Source: Sphagnum compactum (Eukaryota). Taken from it: a DNA stretch of 64,000 bases. Positions 14,151 to 28,110 of the stretch are shown piece after piece (the first letter of the stretch is position 1; every line of letters begins with the position of its first letter). Made by a program: the position numbers and the translations under genes. The stretch covers positions 36,756,213 through 36,820,212 of the forward strand of contig OZ234493.1 in NCBI GenBank assembly GCA_965153455.1, given 5' to 3'. The notes beneath the pieces are model-generated. The model made no database searches. It saw nothing but the letters and a program-made list of their open reading frames with translations, and was not told where the DNA came from.

Positions 14151-16028
14151 TATTTTGCTTGCACTCCTTTTTCTTCTTAGTTTTTTTGATAAAAAGCCAA
14201 AGACTTGCATGAAAAACAGGTTCAATAAAAGGGATGAGGTTTGGGGCTTGGTTGTTACTAAAGAATGTTTCATTACTGAACTTAGTTTGAAAAAAAAAAC
14301 TATGGAATTTAGAGTTTTGGGGAGGTTACAAAGGGGTCATGTTCAATGAAAAGGATTGAAAGCAAGGGACAACAAGAGCAAAGGATCACAAAACCTAAAC
14401 CCTAAACTTGACGTTCAATTGAATGCTTAACATTTGACAAAATGCAAAATTGACTAAATGCAACAACATTTGACTCACCTAAATGCAATGAAAAACAAGG
14501 AATTGTAAAAGTCCTAAAAAATTAACTTTGCATTTGCTGCTTTATAAAACCCTTGATTCTCTTCAACAATTTGCAAGTTGTGACACCGCCCCCCATCCCA
14601 AATCAATAAACTCTAGCATTAGATTTAGAAATAAGCATCCTAAGTTATAACTACACAATTTGGCGATGGTGATCTCAATTGCATAGTTGGAGATGGTGGG
14701 AACATCCATTTTGTATGTGTCAAGTGGTGAGCCCTATGTAATGATTGTTATTTTTTGGGCAAATGATGACAACTACATGTAAGTATTGACAATAATGGAT
14801 GGTGCGATGGAGCCATTTGGTGGCTAGACAATTTTCAAGCCTGCCATGTGCAATGAATAGGCATTAGGGTTTAGGAGAAACTATAGGTGAAACACATTAA
14901 CAGGTATGTAGCCTTTAAGATAATTCCACCCTAATTTTTAGGCATAGAGGTAGAAGAGGTAGATTCCAAGTTGAATTCTTGTGAGATTTTGCTGCTAAAA
15001 AAACACATTGGTGCTGTTCTATTCATAGTCTGCTGGACTTTTGAAGTCTCAGTTTCAGTTTTATGGGCGGGGTTCATGCCTGCTCCAACTCTTCCTTTAT
15101 TTTTAAGTCCATCCCGCCAATTGTGAGCAATAGAATACAGCTTTTTCATTTTACTGTTTGGTTTATGCTCCCTGGACACTACATGCCTCCATCAATGACA
15201 TCATTCTTCAAGATGGTTTTCAATTCTTTTTGGACTGCTCACCCCTCTCAATCAAGTGTTTCTTGACTTTATTCAAACTGAGAAATCAGTCCTTTATGGA
15301 CTTTTAAGTCAAAGCAGGTCCTTGAAGTTGTGATTTTGAACTTGTCTACAGCACAAGAATGCCTTGCCTTGGCCCTATAACAGCAAGAAGCAGAGTTCTT
15401 GAGAAAAAGGTAACAACAGAAAGAAGAAATAAGGTTAGGTATGATACTTAGGATATGTACCACAATTCTGGAACAATTGAACATTCACAGCTAAGGGCTG
15501 TGAAAGCTATGCAAAGGCCTGCTTCAAAAACACAACTTGTATGATGCCTGAAAGAGATCAGGGAAGACTTACAGTCACCAGAGACCAATGTGAGCCAGCT
15601 GGCACCAACAGTGGGCTGTAAGAAACCTTGAAAGCAAAATGAATACCATTCATCCACTTCCGACCAATTGTGTTAATGATATCACAGAGCAGACGCCACC
15701 CTAATCCTTGAGGGATGTACTTGGTTATGTCAACCACATCACTGTACAGGGGGTCCATCCTACATTACTCTTCCAAGGGATTGGATTAGAAGATATTGGC
15801 AATCAGAAATCCTCCACTGTTTCAAACCCACAGAAGCCCATCATAATTTTAACACAACTGTACAATGACAACTTCTAAGCAAACAGAAATCCTTCACCAC
15901 CTCAGGACCAGCTTTGGTTCACACTGCTGCATTCTTTGATGTTCAGTTACGGCAGTGTAGTAATACCATTAAATGTGCTCCAAACCAAATGAACTCAATC
16001 TAGTTCTTGACAAGACAGACTACTGGCA

Positions 16029-18757
16029 TCACCAACAGTCCATGCAAGAACAAACACTGTCCTGAAAGTGATGAAAGCGATTGGCATCCCTCACCATGAT
16101 TGTTCTCCCAACTAATTTTGAGATGAACTTTGTGGAAGTGTGGCAATCTTCACAAACTCGCAGATTCTTCATTATTCGGAGTGGAGTACCAGGATCTGTG
16201 TTGATGAGCCCAAATGTAATGGCCAATTTCTCGCTATGGTGACTCAAATGAAAGACCTTTGATTCTTCCTCCACATCATGCAGCACAAATTCTGTGACTG
16301 GCACATACCCTGCATCATGCATCAGCCATGACAATCTCTTCAGTTGTGCATGGATTTGACTAATCTGAGGGTGTTCCTGATCATCCACTACAAATGTATG
16401 CACCTCATTATTCACTTCAATCCAGGTGCGACCCAGCTGTTTCTTCACACCTCTTTCCTTTCTCTGCCGTTCAACATTCTTACAGAGTTCCCTTTTGCCA
16501 GCAGCTGCATATATGTTTGATAGCAGCACATAACCTGAAGCATTTTCAGGCTCCAGTTCAAGAACTCGTTTAGCAATGCGTTCTCCCATCTCCACATTAG
16601 CATGAATTCTGCAAGCACCAAGTAAAGCCATCCACAAAGCCCCATCTGGTCTAAAGGGCAATGCCTGGATCATGTTCTCTGCCTCCTGTAGACGGCCAGA
16701 ACGGCCGAGAAGGTCCACCATGCAGGCGTAGTGTTCTAATTTTGCAGAAATCTTATAAACTGTGCTCATTGAAGTAAAGCAGCGCAGGCCTTCATCCACC
16801 AAACCTGCATGGCTGCAAGCTGACAGAAGACAAACAAAAGTGATATCATTTGGCTTTACACCTTCTTCACACATCAGTTCAAAATGTCTAAGAGCTTCCT
16901 TGCCATGCCCATGCATGGCACATCCTCCAAGTATGGCATTCCAAGAGACCACATCATGTAATGTCATGTTGTTGAACACTCTCTGGGCATCCTCCATGCT
17001 CCCACATTTTCCATACATGTCAACCAAGCTATTCCCCACAAAGATATTTGAGTGCCATTCGCTTTGAAGGATCTGCTCATGAGCACACCTGCCCTCTTCA
17101 AGTGCAGCTACACTGGCACATGCATTCAGCACCCCCACAAATGTAACAGAGTTTGGTTGCACACCTTCCTTTTGCATCTGTCCAAATAGTTCCAGTGCCT
17201 CTTGCCCTTGCCCACATTTCAAATGTCCAAGCATCATAGTGGTCCAAGTGACTACATCTCGAGAAGGCATCTTGTTGAAAACTCTCCAAGCATCTTCAAT
17301 GCTCCCACATTTTGCATACATGTCAACCAAGCTATGCCCACACAGACATCTGAATCCCATCCACTTTGAATGATCTGCTCATGAGCGCACCTGCCCTCTT
17401 CAAGCGCAACCACACTGGCACATGCGTTCAGCACCCCCACAAAAGTGACAGAATTTGGCTGCACACCTTCATGTTGCATTTGTCGAAATAGTTGCAGTGC
17501 TTTCTGGCCTTGGTGACATTTTACAAATCCAAATATCATCGCAGTCCAAGTGACCACATCTCGAGATGGAATCTTGTTGAACACCCTCTGAGCATCCTCC
17601 ATGCTCCCACATTTCACATACATATCAACCAGGCTACTCCCCACAAAGATATCTGAATCCAACCCCCTTTCAATTATCTGCTCATGGGCAGACCTGCCAT
17701 CTTGAAGTGCAACTTCACTGGCACATGCATTCAGTACCCCCACAAAAGTAACAGAGTCTGGCTCCACACCTTGCTCTCGCATCTGTCGAAATAGATCCAG
17801 TGCCTTCTGGCCTTGCCCACATTTCACATGTCCCAATATCATAGCAGTCCAAGTGACCACGTCTCGTGATGACATCTTGAGGAACACTCTCTGTGCATCC
17901 TCCATGCTTCCACATTTTGCATACATATTAACCAAGCTATTCCCCACACTCACATCTGAATCCCATCCCCTTGCAATGATCCACTCATGAGCACACCTGC
18001 CCTCTTCAAGTGCAGCTTCACTGGCACATGCATTCAGCACCCCCAAAAAGGTAACAGAGTCTGGCTGTGCACCTTCCTTCTGCATTTGTTGAAATAATTC
18101 CAGTGCCTTCCGCCCTTGCCCACATTTCACATGCCCCAATATCATTGTGTTCCACGCGACCACATCTCGAGATGACATATTCTTGAACACTCTCCAAGCA
18201 TCCTTCATTTGCCGACATTTGGCATACATGTCAACCAGACTACACCCCACAAAGACATCAGCCTCACAACCGCTTCGAATTATCTGTTCATGGACCTGCC
18301 TGCCCTCTTGAAGTGCTCCTAACCTAGCACATGCATTGAGAACTGGAACAAAGGTGAAGCTATTAGGACTTATGTTTTTTTGTCGCATTTCTTGGAAAAG
18401 CTGAATTGTCTTCTCATGTTGCCCAGCCTTGACATATCTTGCAAGCCTTCTATTCCAGGAAAAGACGTTCACCTGTACAGTCTCTGGTGCCATTTCAGCA
18501 AGCTTTGCTCCTACCCACGGGGGGTTTCGTCGGTCCCGAAGCCAAAGAGCGTCCTGCCTCTTCTTGTGCTTAAAATCGGGATACCTTTCATCCAGCTTCT
18601 CGGACCTACAGTCCCACCACTGCGCAGGATCTGAAAAGAATTGCCGCCAAAGTTTATCTCTCTGGGCCGCTGGTGTTGGTCCAACCTTTCCACCCGTTGA
18701 CAGCGCTCTGTGGCCATAAGTCACCGTCTGTCCGGAGAGTTGATGGCGCAGTGCCAT
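16029..18757 (-). CDS. PLS-class PPR protein with E1-E2-DYW deaminase domain and an N-terminal OSB-type PDF motif; one 1-bp frameshift near 17335 (pseudogene or assembly error)
   Basis: First ATG at 18757 (MALRHQLSG..RALST, presequence-like). PDF motif at 18512-18652, then five P-L-S triplets plus P2-L2-S2, E1, E2 and a DYW domain with HSEKLA, CEDCH and CSCMDCW. The two ORFs join at GTGGGCATAGC, which is GTGGGGAATAGC in the sister repeats. About 909 aa if repaired; no introns. Confidence 0.93.
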
Positions 18758-19989
18758 CACCAAAGAATTGATGCAGCAACTGAATTGAAGCACTTTAGTT
18801 CGCCGAAGCCACCACAACCGCACTAGTATTGCAACCAAAACAGCTTAGCAGATGAGACAATCGAGAGTTTTTGGTGCAAATAAGACACATAGATTCGTAA
18901 CCGCAGACTTGCAGCAAACTGGAGAGATGGTGAAATACTAAACCCTATTGGTTTGGAGGTTTGGACCAGTATTGGACTGGTATCGGATTTTTAACATACC
19001 CATCGGGTTTGGGCATTTGACTTTTTTTGAAATTCACAGACCATGGTAGAACGGGTATTGAGGCGAAAATACTCAAACTCATATCAGGTGGTATCAATAT
19101 GTCTGTTGTTTACAATTTTCACTAAATGGTATGAGTATCATGGTATTGAAATGTGTGATGCCACAAACAAGTGCAACTTTTTTGCATAAGGTGAAAGAAA
19201 AAATCCTTGATGAACCCTTAAAAAAACAAACCAACAAAACACTAGTCACAACAAAATTGATTTGCAGATGTCCCAAAATCATTACAAATGCATCATTGAT
19301 CAAAGGCTAAGGCTACCAAGTTGGAAAAATTTAATATTATTAATATTATCATAGGCATAAAATTAATAAAATTTGTCTACACATGTAGATCCCAACTTGG
19401 AAAAAAAAATCGTCATTTGATAAGTCATATACAATCATCAACAAAAAATATTATGACAACTTTGATTTGAAGAGGTCATATATTCATCACTAATGCATCA
19501 GTGATAAGAAGTAGACATTGTCAAACATAAAATTAATATGTGCGAGTAGGTCCCAAGTTGAAAAATAATCATCACTTGATGACATATAAAACATGGTACC
19601 AAGTACCAACAACAACACTATAAATTATTTTGATCTACAGAGGTTCCAAAATTATCACAATTGCATGAGACATCACATCAAAGCCTCAATGTGCTATGAA
19701 TTTGGAAAAAATAGTGGTCACTTGATGAATCAAGTAAGTTAACCAATTGGAACGTCGCCAAAAATTTGATGATCAAAGGTCCAAAAACCTACAACAATGT
19801 ATATCATTGACCAAAGGTTCATGGGGCCAAACACAATCACAAAATTAAAAAAAAACATACCCAAGTTCCTTGAGATGGAGAAAAAATTAGCAATTGACCA
19901 AAAAAGGAGGTTGTAGGTAACCAACAAAAGCATTAGAAGAGGTTTCCAACCTGAATGAACATGAAATCATAAAGTTTTTTTACTTGTCC

Positions 19990-21950
19990 TCAAATAGCCT
20001 TGTTCTTAAAGTTCTTTTTCATGTTCATCAAGTAATTTCTCTTTTGCAAAAAAAAAACTCAACAACGCCTTCCTCAATGACTTTGCAATCCATCTGTGCA
20101 TTGTCAAGCCAAATTTTGTAAATCATCACCAAGGCATCCAAATTATCAAGACCCAATTGGCAATGTTGTAAACTAGTCAAAACACTGACATTGTTAAACA
20201 TGCGCTCAATTTCAATTTGGCTTCTTAGAATTCCAAGGATTTGTTTCCCCAATAATCCAACATTTGGGAATTGGGATTCATGCGTCTTCCACCAAGCAAG
20301 AGGACTTTTCAAGTTCTTTTGTGAAACCACAATTCGACGAAATAAAAATAATTCATATTTTAGCAAACCTTTATTGCCTTTTTTTATGGATGTTGAATCA
20401 CCAAACATCGAGTCATCAATAACAGTTGGATTTGGCCAAGATTAAGGGACTTGAAGACCACAACTAAAAGAGGAACCAAATTTATTTTGTTGTATTCCTC
20501 CACTAAAATATGAGCTTTGTCCTTCCCAATTAGGTCTACCACACATTTTAAGCCTTTATATCTAGGGTCTAACATGAGTGCCATCAAATAGAATGCAAAA
20601 TGCAAGAAAAGGTTGGAAGACACATAACGATTCTACTACCATCTTAGCATACAAAATTTCTAGCTATGCATCAAACTCTCCACAAGTCACAAGAGGAAAA
20701 ATAGACATTGTAGAATTGTACTCAATTTGAAACTTAATGTCAATGGAAATTGTAACATAAAAAGCATCAAACAACAACCAATAACCTCTAGTTTGGTTGA
20801 GAACACATTGTTTAACAATTGGGTTCAAGATTTCAGTCACTACCCTTGCAATAGCCCAAAGCAGACCAAACAAAACACGTTTATAAATGCAAAAATTAAT
20901 GACTATAACAAATTGTGATGGCATGGGCATATTCCAATATCTCTTAGAAAAGTAAAACTTTTGAAGCAAACTTGGTTTTCACAAAGGTCTTTAATTTTCT
21001 CAGAGGCAAACTTACTTCTTGGCAAGTAAATTCCCATTCTTGCTTCCCTTTGCTTGACTTTTTTGTCTAAATGATGGTTTTTTGTAAGGTAGATGGGGCA
21101 TTTTTCAAAGAAACCTCCTTCATGCTTTGACAAACCTTTTTTTCATTTGTAGCACATTAGTAGACCTTCGACATTACATGTCCAAAACATGCGCCAAGAA
21201 AGGGCTTCTTTAATTAAAGAACATCACAAGACACAATAGTGGACAAGGCAAAATTCAAGGTGGTTAGATTCTTGCCTTCATCCTTCACACAAGTCAATAC
21301 CTTGTTGGTCAACTAGAATTCAGCCAAAAGAGGTTTCATAAGCTTTGCCAATGCAATTCCATTAGTTATCTACAACCTCAAATAAGCTAATAGAGACATA
21401 GTAAAGTACCTAATCCCGATCCAAGAAGTTCAAAACCAATGCAAAGGTGTCAAACCTAATTTGACTCATCAATAAATCAAATGTGATAGAAATTATATCA
21501 CATTGTGCCAACGCAAATATAACATAATGATCCATGCACTTAGCAAGCAAAAAAGGGTATGTGTCTTTTGACAAGTTATTTATGAGTAGGGAAACAAACT
21601 TTACCATTTTGTCGCATGAACAAGCGTCATAGCTAAGAAGACTCCACTGTAGATAGTGGCACATATCCTTTTGCAATGAATAAGACTAGGTCTTCAATGA
21701 AAACTAAATGAGGGGGATCAGAACTTTTGTAAGGTTGAGTGTTTGAAAAAAGATTCAATTATTGCAAAAAGGTGTAGTTCATTGCGCTTCTTAATTCTAC
21801 TCACAACGTAGATTGGAAACTTCATCTTCATTCTTACAATGCAAATCATACTTGGCAACAATGGCCTTGCATTCATTGTTAATGTGTTTCTTCATGGAGG
21901 TCGATGCCATGCGTTGGATTATAGGTGAAAAGGCCCTTGTGCTCATGAAT
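19990..21950 (-). mobile_element. Decayed hAT transposase with C-terminal dimerisation domain
   Basis: SPLAWWKTHESQFPNVGLLGKQILGI..SQIEIERMF (hATC-like), ALMLDPRYK, and ISITFDL..S (first catalytic Asp region). Fragmented across frames. Confidence 0.8.
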
Positions 21951-24900
21951 GGTGTTGTTTGAACTTTGAACTTGTTTAGTGACATGGCAAATAATGCACC
22001 TCGTGATTTGCAGTGCCCCCAACAAAACTTTTTCAAGAGGTTTATTTAGGACAAAGAAAGCCCACGGTAGTGTGATGGTTTGTGAACCAAAACTTCATGT
22101 TTACTTTTAACTACTATAGTTGCATTTTCCAAATTTTTTTTCTTTAGCAAATAGGACCTCCATTCAAGTCTCTGAAATTTGAAATGTGGAGTCTTTTGTA
22201 AGTCATGTGTCTAACCCCTCAATATCACAAAATTCATTAGTTGTGATGAATTCCCCTGTAGGATCCATTTCACCATGTACCCAAACTTGACTTGTGAAAT
22301 TGCTCTTAAAAACTAAAACCTAAAAGCCCATGCACAAATCTTGAAACTAGTTGATGATTAACCACTTAGGCACCATCATTGCCAACATCACTAAGGCAGT
22401 GAATGAGCACCAAATAATGACACCAAACACCATGTGATTAAAATGATGCACACACAAATCGGCATTTTGGGAGAATATTGAACTCAAGACATGAAGAATG
22501 AAAAATATTGTGAATGGTAGTAGTCAACAATGTTTGTGTTTTGTTTTTCCACCTTAAATATTCTTACTAAATTTATGGAACAAAGAACCATGCACATTGA
22601 GGCACCAAGTGGACTTACCTCTTCTTTTGTAACATTAGATTTCTAAGTTCGATTTTTGCACCACACCGCCCACATTGAAGAGTTGCCCTTAGCTATAATG
22701 TAATAGCTTCCAGCCATGTTGAAGAAATTGTTTCCTATGTTGTGTCTATGGCAGTGATGGAGACCTTTGTCACCCAAGTCAAAATTGTCCATTGTTGCTA
22801 GATGGTTATCAGTGCTTCAAATGTTTTAAACTACATCTTAAGGCGGATTGCCATAATTCCATTCCCCATTCACCTAACAATTGTCCCAAGTGCCACCTTT
22901 TGCACAATGGGTAGGCATTGGGCAATGTCCCATTGCATCAAGGAAGGTCATTTGATTCAATCCTTTTTGTTTCATCATTATTTCTCTTACTAAATCCCTT
23001 TTCCAAATATCCATTATGGTTAACACATCATCACATTAACAAAACAATTGAGAAAGTTTTGTGTTTTTAGAATAAATTTGACTAATTTTTGGAAAATTTT
23101 CCCAAGATTCTCCCAAAATTTGATATCACGAAATTGAAAAACAAAACCATGGTCACATACTCAAGTTAAAGATTGCAAAATTCAATTACGTTTTTTCCCC
23201 TGAAGTTGAAATGATGGAATCAATTTGAAAATTATGAATTTTGATTACTTCTCAAATCAAAATAAATACATTTTTTGCAACAAGCAACAAAAGTTCATGT
23301 TAAATTTTATGGACCTTTCATTTCAAGATTGTTAAAAAAACTTCATAGCTAAATTTATAATGTTATTTTATGCAAAAGGTTCAACTGTTGATTAGGGTAT
23401 TGAACTACTATGGAAAATGAATATGAAATAAATGGTTTGTGTTTGAACATAAATGGTAATTTCAGTTTTTGAATGAAAATTTTAAGAAATGAGAACAATT
23501 GGTTCTTAATTTGAAAACCGAACTTAGAATTGGTTTGTTTTACATAAATATCGTGGAAGCTTAGTTAAGGCCTTTTTCTTCTTTTTTTTGTTCATCAAAT
23601 GCAAATCTTGGAAGACTTGGGAAGGTGTTTTTGTGGCACCGCATACTTGTCATCATGGCCAATTTCACTTGCCTCAAATGTAATGCACATTTTGCTATTG
23701 GGGCGCAACATGATGGACACCAACGACTGTTCCATCAATCAGCCTATCAAGTTGACACTTCGTGTGGTTATGATGTTGTAGATCGATCTAAAGATAACAA
23801 GTTTCATTGTCCCATCGATTGTTGCACTAAAACTTTTACTTGTTGTGATAATATACAATGACACATCAAGGCACATTGTGCAAAGCAAGGCGACTTTGAT
23901 GTCAATCATCAGTTCAATCAACATGCAAACCAAGTGCAACATGCAACTTTAGTAGGCATGCTCATTCGATTACCTATTGCCAAACTCCTAACCTGCTCCT
24001 TGATGTTGGCTTGGTTGTTTTTAGCATCAATGGTGATGTAAATGTGTTATTGTGTAAGGTTTGTTGTGTTTGTTTGGAGCCTAACCATGTCAAGTGCACA
24101 CCCACCTATTGATGTAAGCCAACCATTGACTTTGAAAGCAAAAATGCATAAATGAACAATAGGAAGAATAATTTGTCGCAAATGTTCCCTCTATTGCAAT
24201 TCTCACCTCCTTGTTCCAAGAGGTTGGATTCTCTGTGATGCAAGACCATCGACTTGAAAAATACACCACCAGTCTTGTCCCTCATCGTTCGACAATGTTT
24301 GTTAACATTGCCAAGTGTAAAACCTTTTCAAAAAAGTTGGATACACCACGTTATTTGGCGTGGATCATCAAAACATGCACCTCATAGGTGATTATTTTGG
24401 GTCCAAGCTTGAAGAACACATCTGAGCATCCTTGGATGACCATCGACGCTTTATGGAAGGCTTAACAAACACTCCATCAATTTGAGAATTAAATCCTTGG
24501 TTGAGGGTTTCTTGTTGGTACGAGTTGACTGTTGACCACATCATTCCACAAGGAACGCCCTTGGACCACATCAAGGTGACATTGATGTTTCCCTTGGCCA
24601 TGCATGATGATAATAAATTGGACAAATTACCATCGATGATTCAAACGTATCTTGAAAAAACACAAATATCATCTGTTAGGTGTAATATCGTTTGAGGCGA
24701 CTAGTTGTTTCTATGAATAGATCCCAGGTGACCATAATGGGCCTCAATGAGCTTTGGGTGCCATCAACTAAAAATAAGTATAGTTTGTTAATGACCAAGC
24801 TTTTCACTGGAATGATTTGGTCGAGAGAAAGTAGCCCTCAGGATGACAACCCCATTATGAACATGTTAAGAAATTTGCACGATGACTTTGCATCATTGTT

Positions 24901-26132
24901 GGACAATCTCATTGTCCACATTCAACATCAACAAGACCTAGATGTTTAAATGACCAAGATTTGGTCGTGATCCATGTTGTCATGTTGTAGATGTGTAAAC
25001 CACCAATCTCACCAATTGTTCGATTGAATTTATAGACAAATTGTCCATTCATAAGATTCTAGATCATTAATAGTTTAAAATCTACATCCTCATCCACCAA
25101 CCTAATTTTCAAACATGCTCGACATGTCATAGGACCCATAGCCATCCTTCAATATTGGTGGCATTAGCCATCCTCATGCAATTGGCTCGTTTGATGTGGG
25201 CCCTCATCATCCGGCCATCTTGTCAAATGAAGCAGATAATTGGTTGGCATGCATTAGTGATGATACTAATGACAAAACCTTTAACATATTAAGAGACATG
25301 ATGCGCCTTGCATTCACAATGTTGGGGATATAATAGGCAACCCCAAATTAATTCAAATTGATTCGTTGTCATGCACAATTGACGGCCAAGTGGTGAACAT
25401 TGACACATTATGAAATTTGGTTGGTGCATTGTTCACCAAAAGCAAACATGATCATGAAGAACCATGTGTTACTAAGATTACAAACCACGTGGATTTACAA
25501 GGCAATATCTAATGAAAACATTCTCAATAAATTCAATGAAGATGGCATGGAATATTTTTTTTTATCGGTTAGTTGTAATGAATTTCATAAGCATGCATTA
25601 AATCTCGTTGTCTACTTATTTAGTAATCCACACACATGCAGTTTGTTCATCCATGGTGTAGACCACAACAGATCCATTATGTGGAACCACAATGCTTTGG
25701 CAATTTGAATAAATACATTACATAAACTTGTTTTTCAAAATAGACATGGTATAATATCACACTGCATATGAAAACCGCTTTGGCTCCTTTTACTATGAAT
25801 GCACCCTTCTATATGGTAAAATTCAATCATTTTTAATTTTTTGAATCAATGTTATAAATTTTGTGATGTGTGAAGTTGTTTTGTTGCTATTGGAGTGCTG
25901 CTAAATATAAATACACTACTGAAATACAATTGAAGGGAATTGAACTTGACAATAGGAAGTTGAGAGTTTGAACTTCATGCCATTACAAATATTTGTCCAA
26001 TATCTTTGAACACTACCATTAAAAGTTCAAAGTAATCCAATATTTACCAAAATAATCTTCTTTAATTTTTCAATGTGAAGGTTTTGTTCTAAATGCATGC
26101 ATTTGGTGAATTCATAGGTCCAATGTCCGTCC

Positions 26133-26946
26133 TTGTCGTTGGAAAATTGGATGATAGAACTAGATGATGTAGCCATTTGCATGGAATTTTTCAATGTTAA
26201 GGAAACATTTACATACAATCCACATTGCAAGCAAGGATCGCATGAAATCATGACATTTCGGTTGTTGAAAAAATCTCTAGTTGAATCAAAAGTGAGTGAG
26301 TACCATTTGATTTTTGACTTGAATGGAGTATTAGTAGTGATAGGGGAGGGTCCAACTCGGCTAGTGATTTTGTGACCTGGGTTGAGAGAGTTCCTCTCAA
26401 GTTGTGCAACAAAATTCACTTACATATGGTATTATGTAATGAAGCGAAATTTTTCTAGGCATTTGGAAGCAATCGAAGAGAGACTGGTGTTCACCTCAAA
26501 TCTTCAAGAATAGTAGACTAAACATTATGTTTCAAAAATGGGCATTTCCTCTTTAAAAAGCATGAAAAGCAGGCATGTTCTCCATAAAAACCTAAACGCA
26601 TTTTTCGATGTCTTTCCTGGTACAAACTATGAAAATACATTGCTTGTAGATGACACAATTTACAAGAGTTTATTTAATCCTCATTTTAATGCCATTTTTT
26701 TGGAGACATTTTACGAGTCCCAAACAGACAGTGATTATTTGTTCGGAACTGTTTTCCTTTACTTGGAAGCCTTGCATTCTTCCGAAATGTAGGTCTACAA
26801 ATTTGTTGAGCTAATCCTTTTGGGAGGGTTAAACACATTTTTCCTTTTGACCCTCGGTATGAGAAATTGGTTGAACTTTACTCTTCCAAATGTAATGATA
26901 CTTTTTGTAATAGGATGAAATCTAAACCTGTAAATAAAAATAGGTG
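26133..26946 (+). pseudogene. FCP1/NIF-homology (HAD superfamily) phosphatase-like domain, decayed, copy 1
   Basis: HLIFDLNGVLV, VIL*PGLREFL (probable CGA>TGA), HKNL, and NTLLVDD..YKSLFNP..NAIF motifs. Stops and frameshifts present. Confidence 0.7.
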
Positions 26947-27489
26947 AAATATTTTATTTAATTTTCTATCTATTATGTCCTATGTAGTGTTGATTTTTTT
27001 TTGTTTTCTGTCTACTTGTTTGATTGTTATTAAATGTAAATAATTATCAATTCATGTGTTATAAATTGTGCATATTTAATTTCATGGCAATAAGTTAGAT
27101 GACTTTTAGATATATTGTTTGGTGGCCATTAAGGTCTAGTTGGAATTGGCTTGGTGGCCACTGGGGTTTTGTTGTGTGTGTTTAATTCCAACTTTTTATT
27201 GTTGTCTTGTTTGATATGTTGTAATGTCACATGGTGCCCACATGTGATGTTTTCTTGAAATATAATTTTTAATTCACGATTGGTCAATGTGTTGTATAAC
27301 ATGACAACAATGTTCTTGATTGCACATCGTTATTTGACCATGAGTTGAATTTTGAAGGGGTGCATAATGCCTTAATATTTTTTATTATGTGCGTTTAACT
27401 AGGGCATATTTTTTTGTAGTTCAAGATTCGTTCGCATTAAGCCCAAGTGATCAAAAGTATATATTTGCATTCACGTCTACGCTCCAGAC

Positions 27490-28110
27490 CTTCAAGGCCC
27501 AAAAAATTATTAAATTTAAGCACGAATGGTGTACTTTGCTATTTCCCTCCAATTGTTGTTTTACAAAGGAATGCCCAAGTGTTTGGAAAAAATATTGATA
27601 AAAGCAAAATCGAAGTGAGAGCTAGAGTGAAGCATTTTTCTTGCTCACACATTTGAAAAGTTTTACATCGTAATTTGATCTTGTATGAAATTGGAGGATG
27701 TGCTCGAAGGTCTTCTAAAATACATTCTTAGATTAATTTGTTTTTATTTGAGGACATGAACAATGTTCGAAGACTTCTGGTCAAATTTCTCTTGGGTCCT
27801 ATTATTATTTGAAGGATTTGAAATGTGTGTACTATGGTTGTCGTGGGTTACCTTATGGGAAGGAAGATCAAACATTGTTGATTGACAACAAATTTAATAA
27901 AACATTTTGAAACTTGAGGTGGAATGGTTTTTTTTGGGAATCCTTTAGGAGTAAGTTGTTATCAAATAATAAAGTGCAATTGTTGGACTTTGCATTTCGT
28001 TTGTGGCCAGCTTTAATTAAATTGCCTTCAACGAGCACAATTTGAGATCATTATGATGTTTTGGTCAAGTATTTTACGCCTCATTTAAATTCTTTTCCGC
28101 AAAATTATTC
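27490..28110 (+). pseudogene. Second, more divergent FCP1/NIF-like domain remnant
   Basis: LLNLSTNGVLCYF, KIEVRARVKHF, YYYLKDLK and EDQTLLID motifs occur in the same order as in copy 1. Confidence 0.45.

Noticed and set aside
15200-15790. Short ORFs downstream of the DYW gene
   Set aside because: No recognisable domain; probably 3' UTR or intergenic.
18758-18838. N-terminal extension of the 528-aa ORF
   Set aside because: It starts at TTG. The first ATG at 18757 is the more plausible eukaryotic start.
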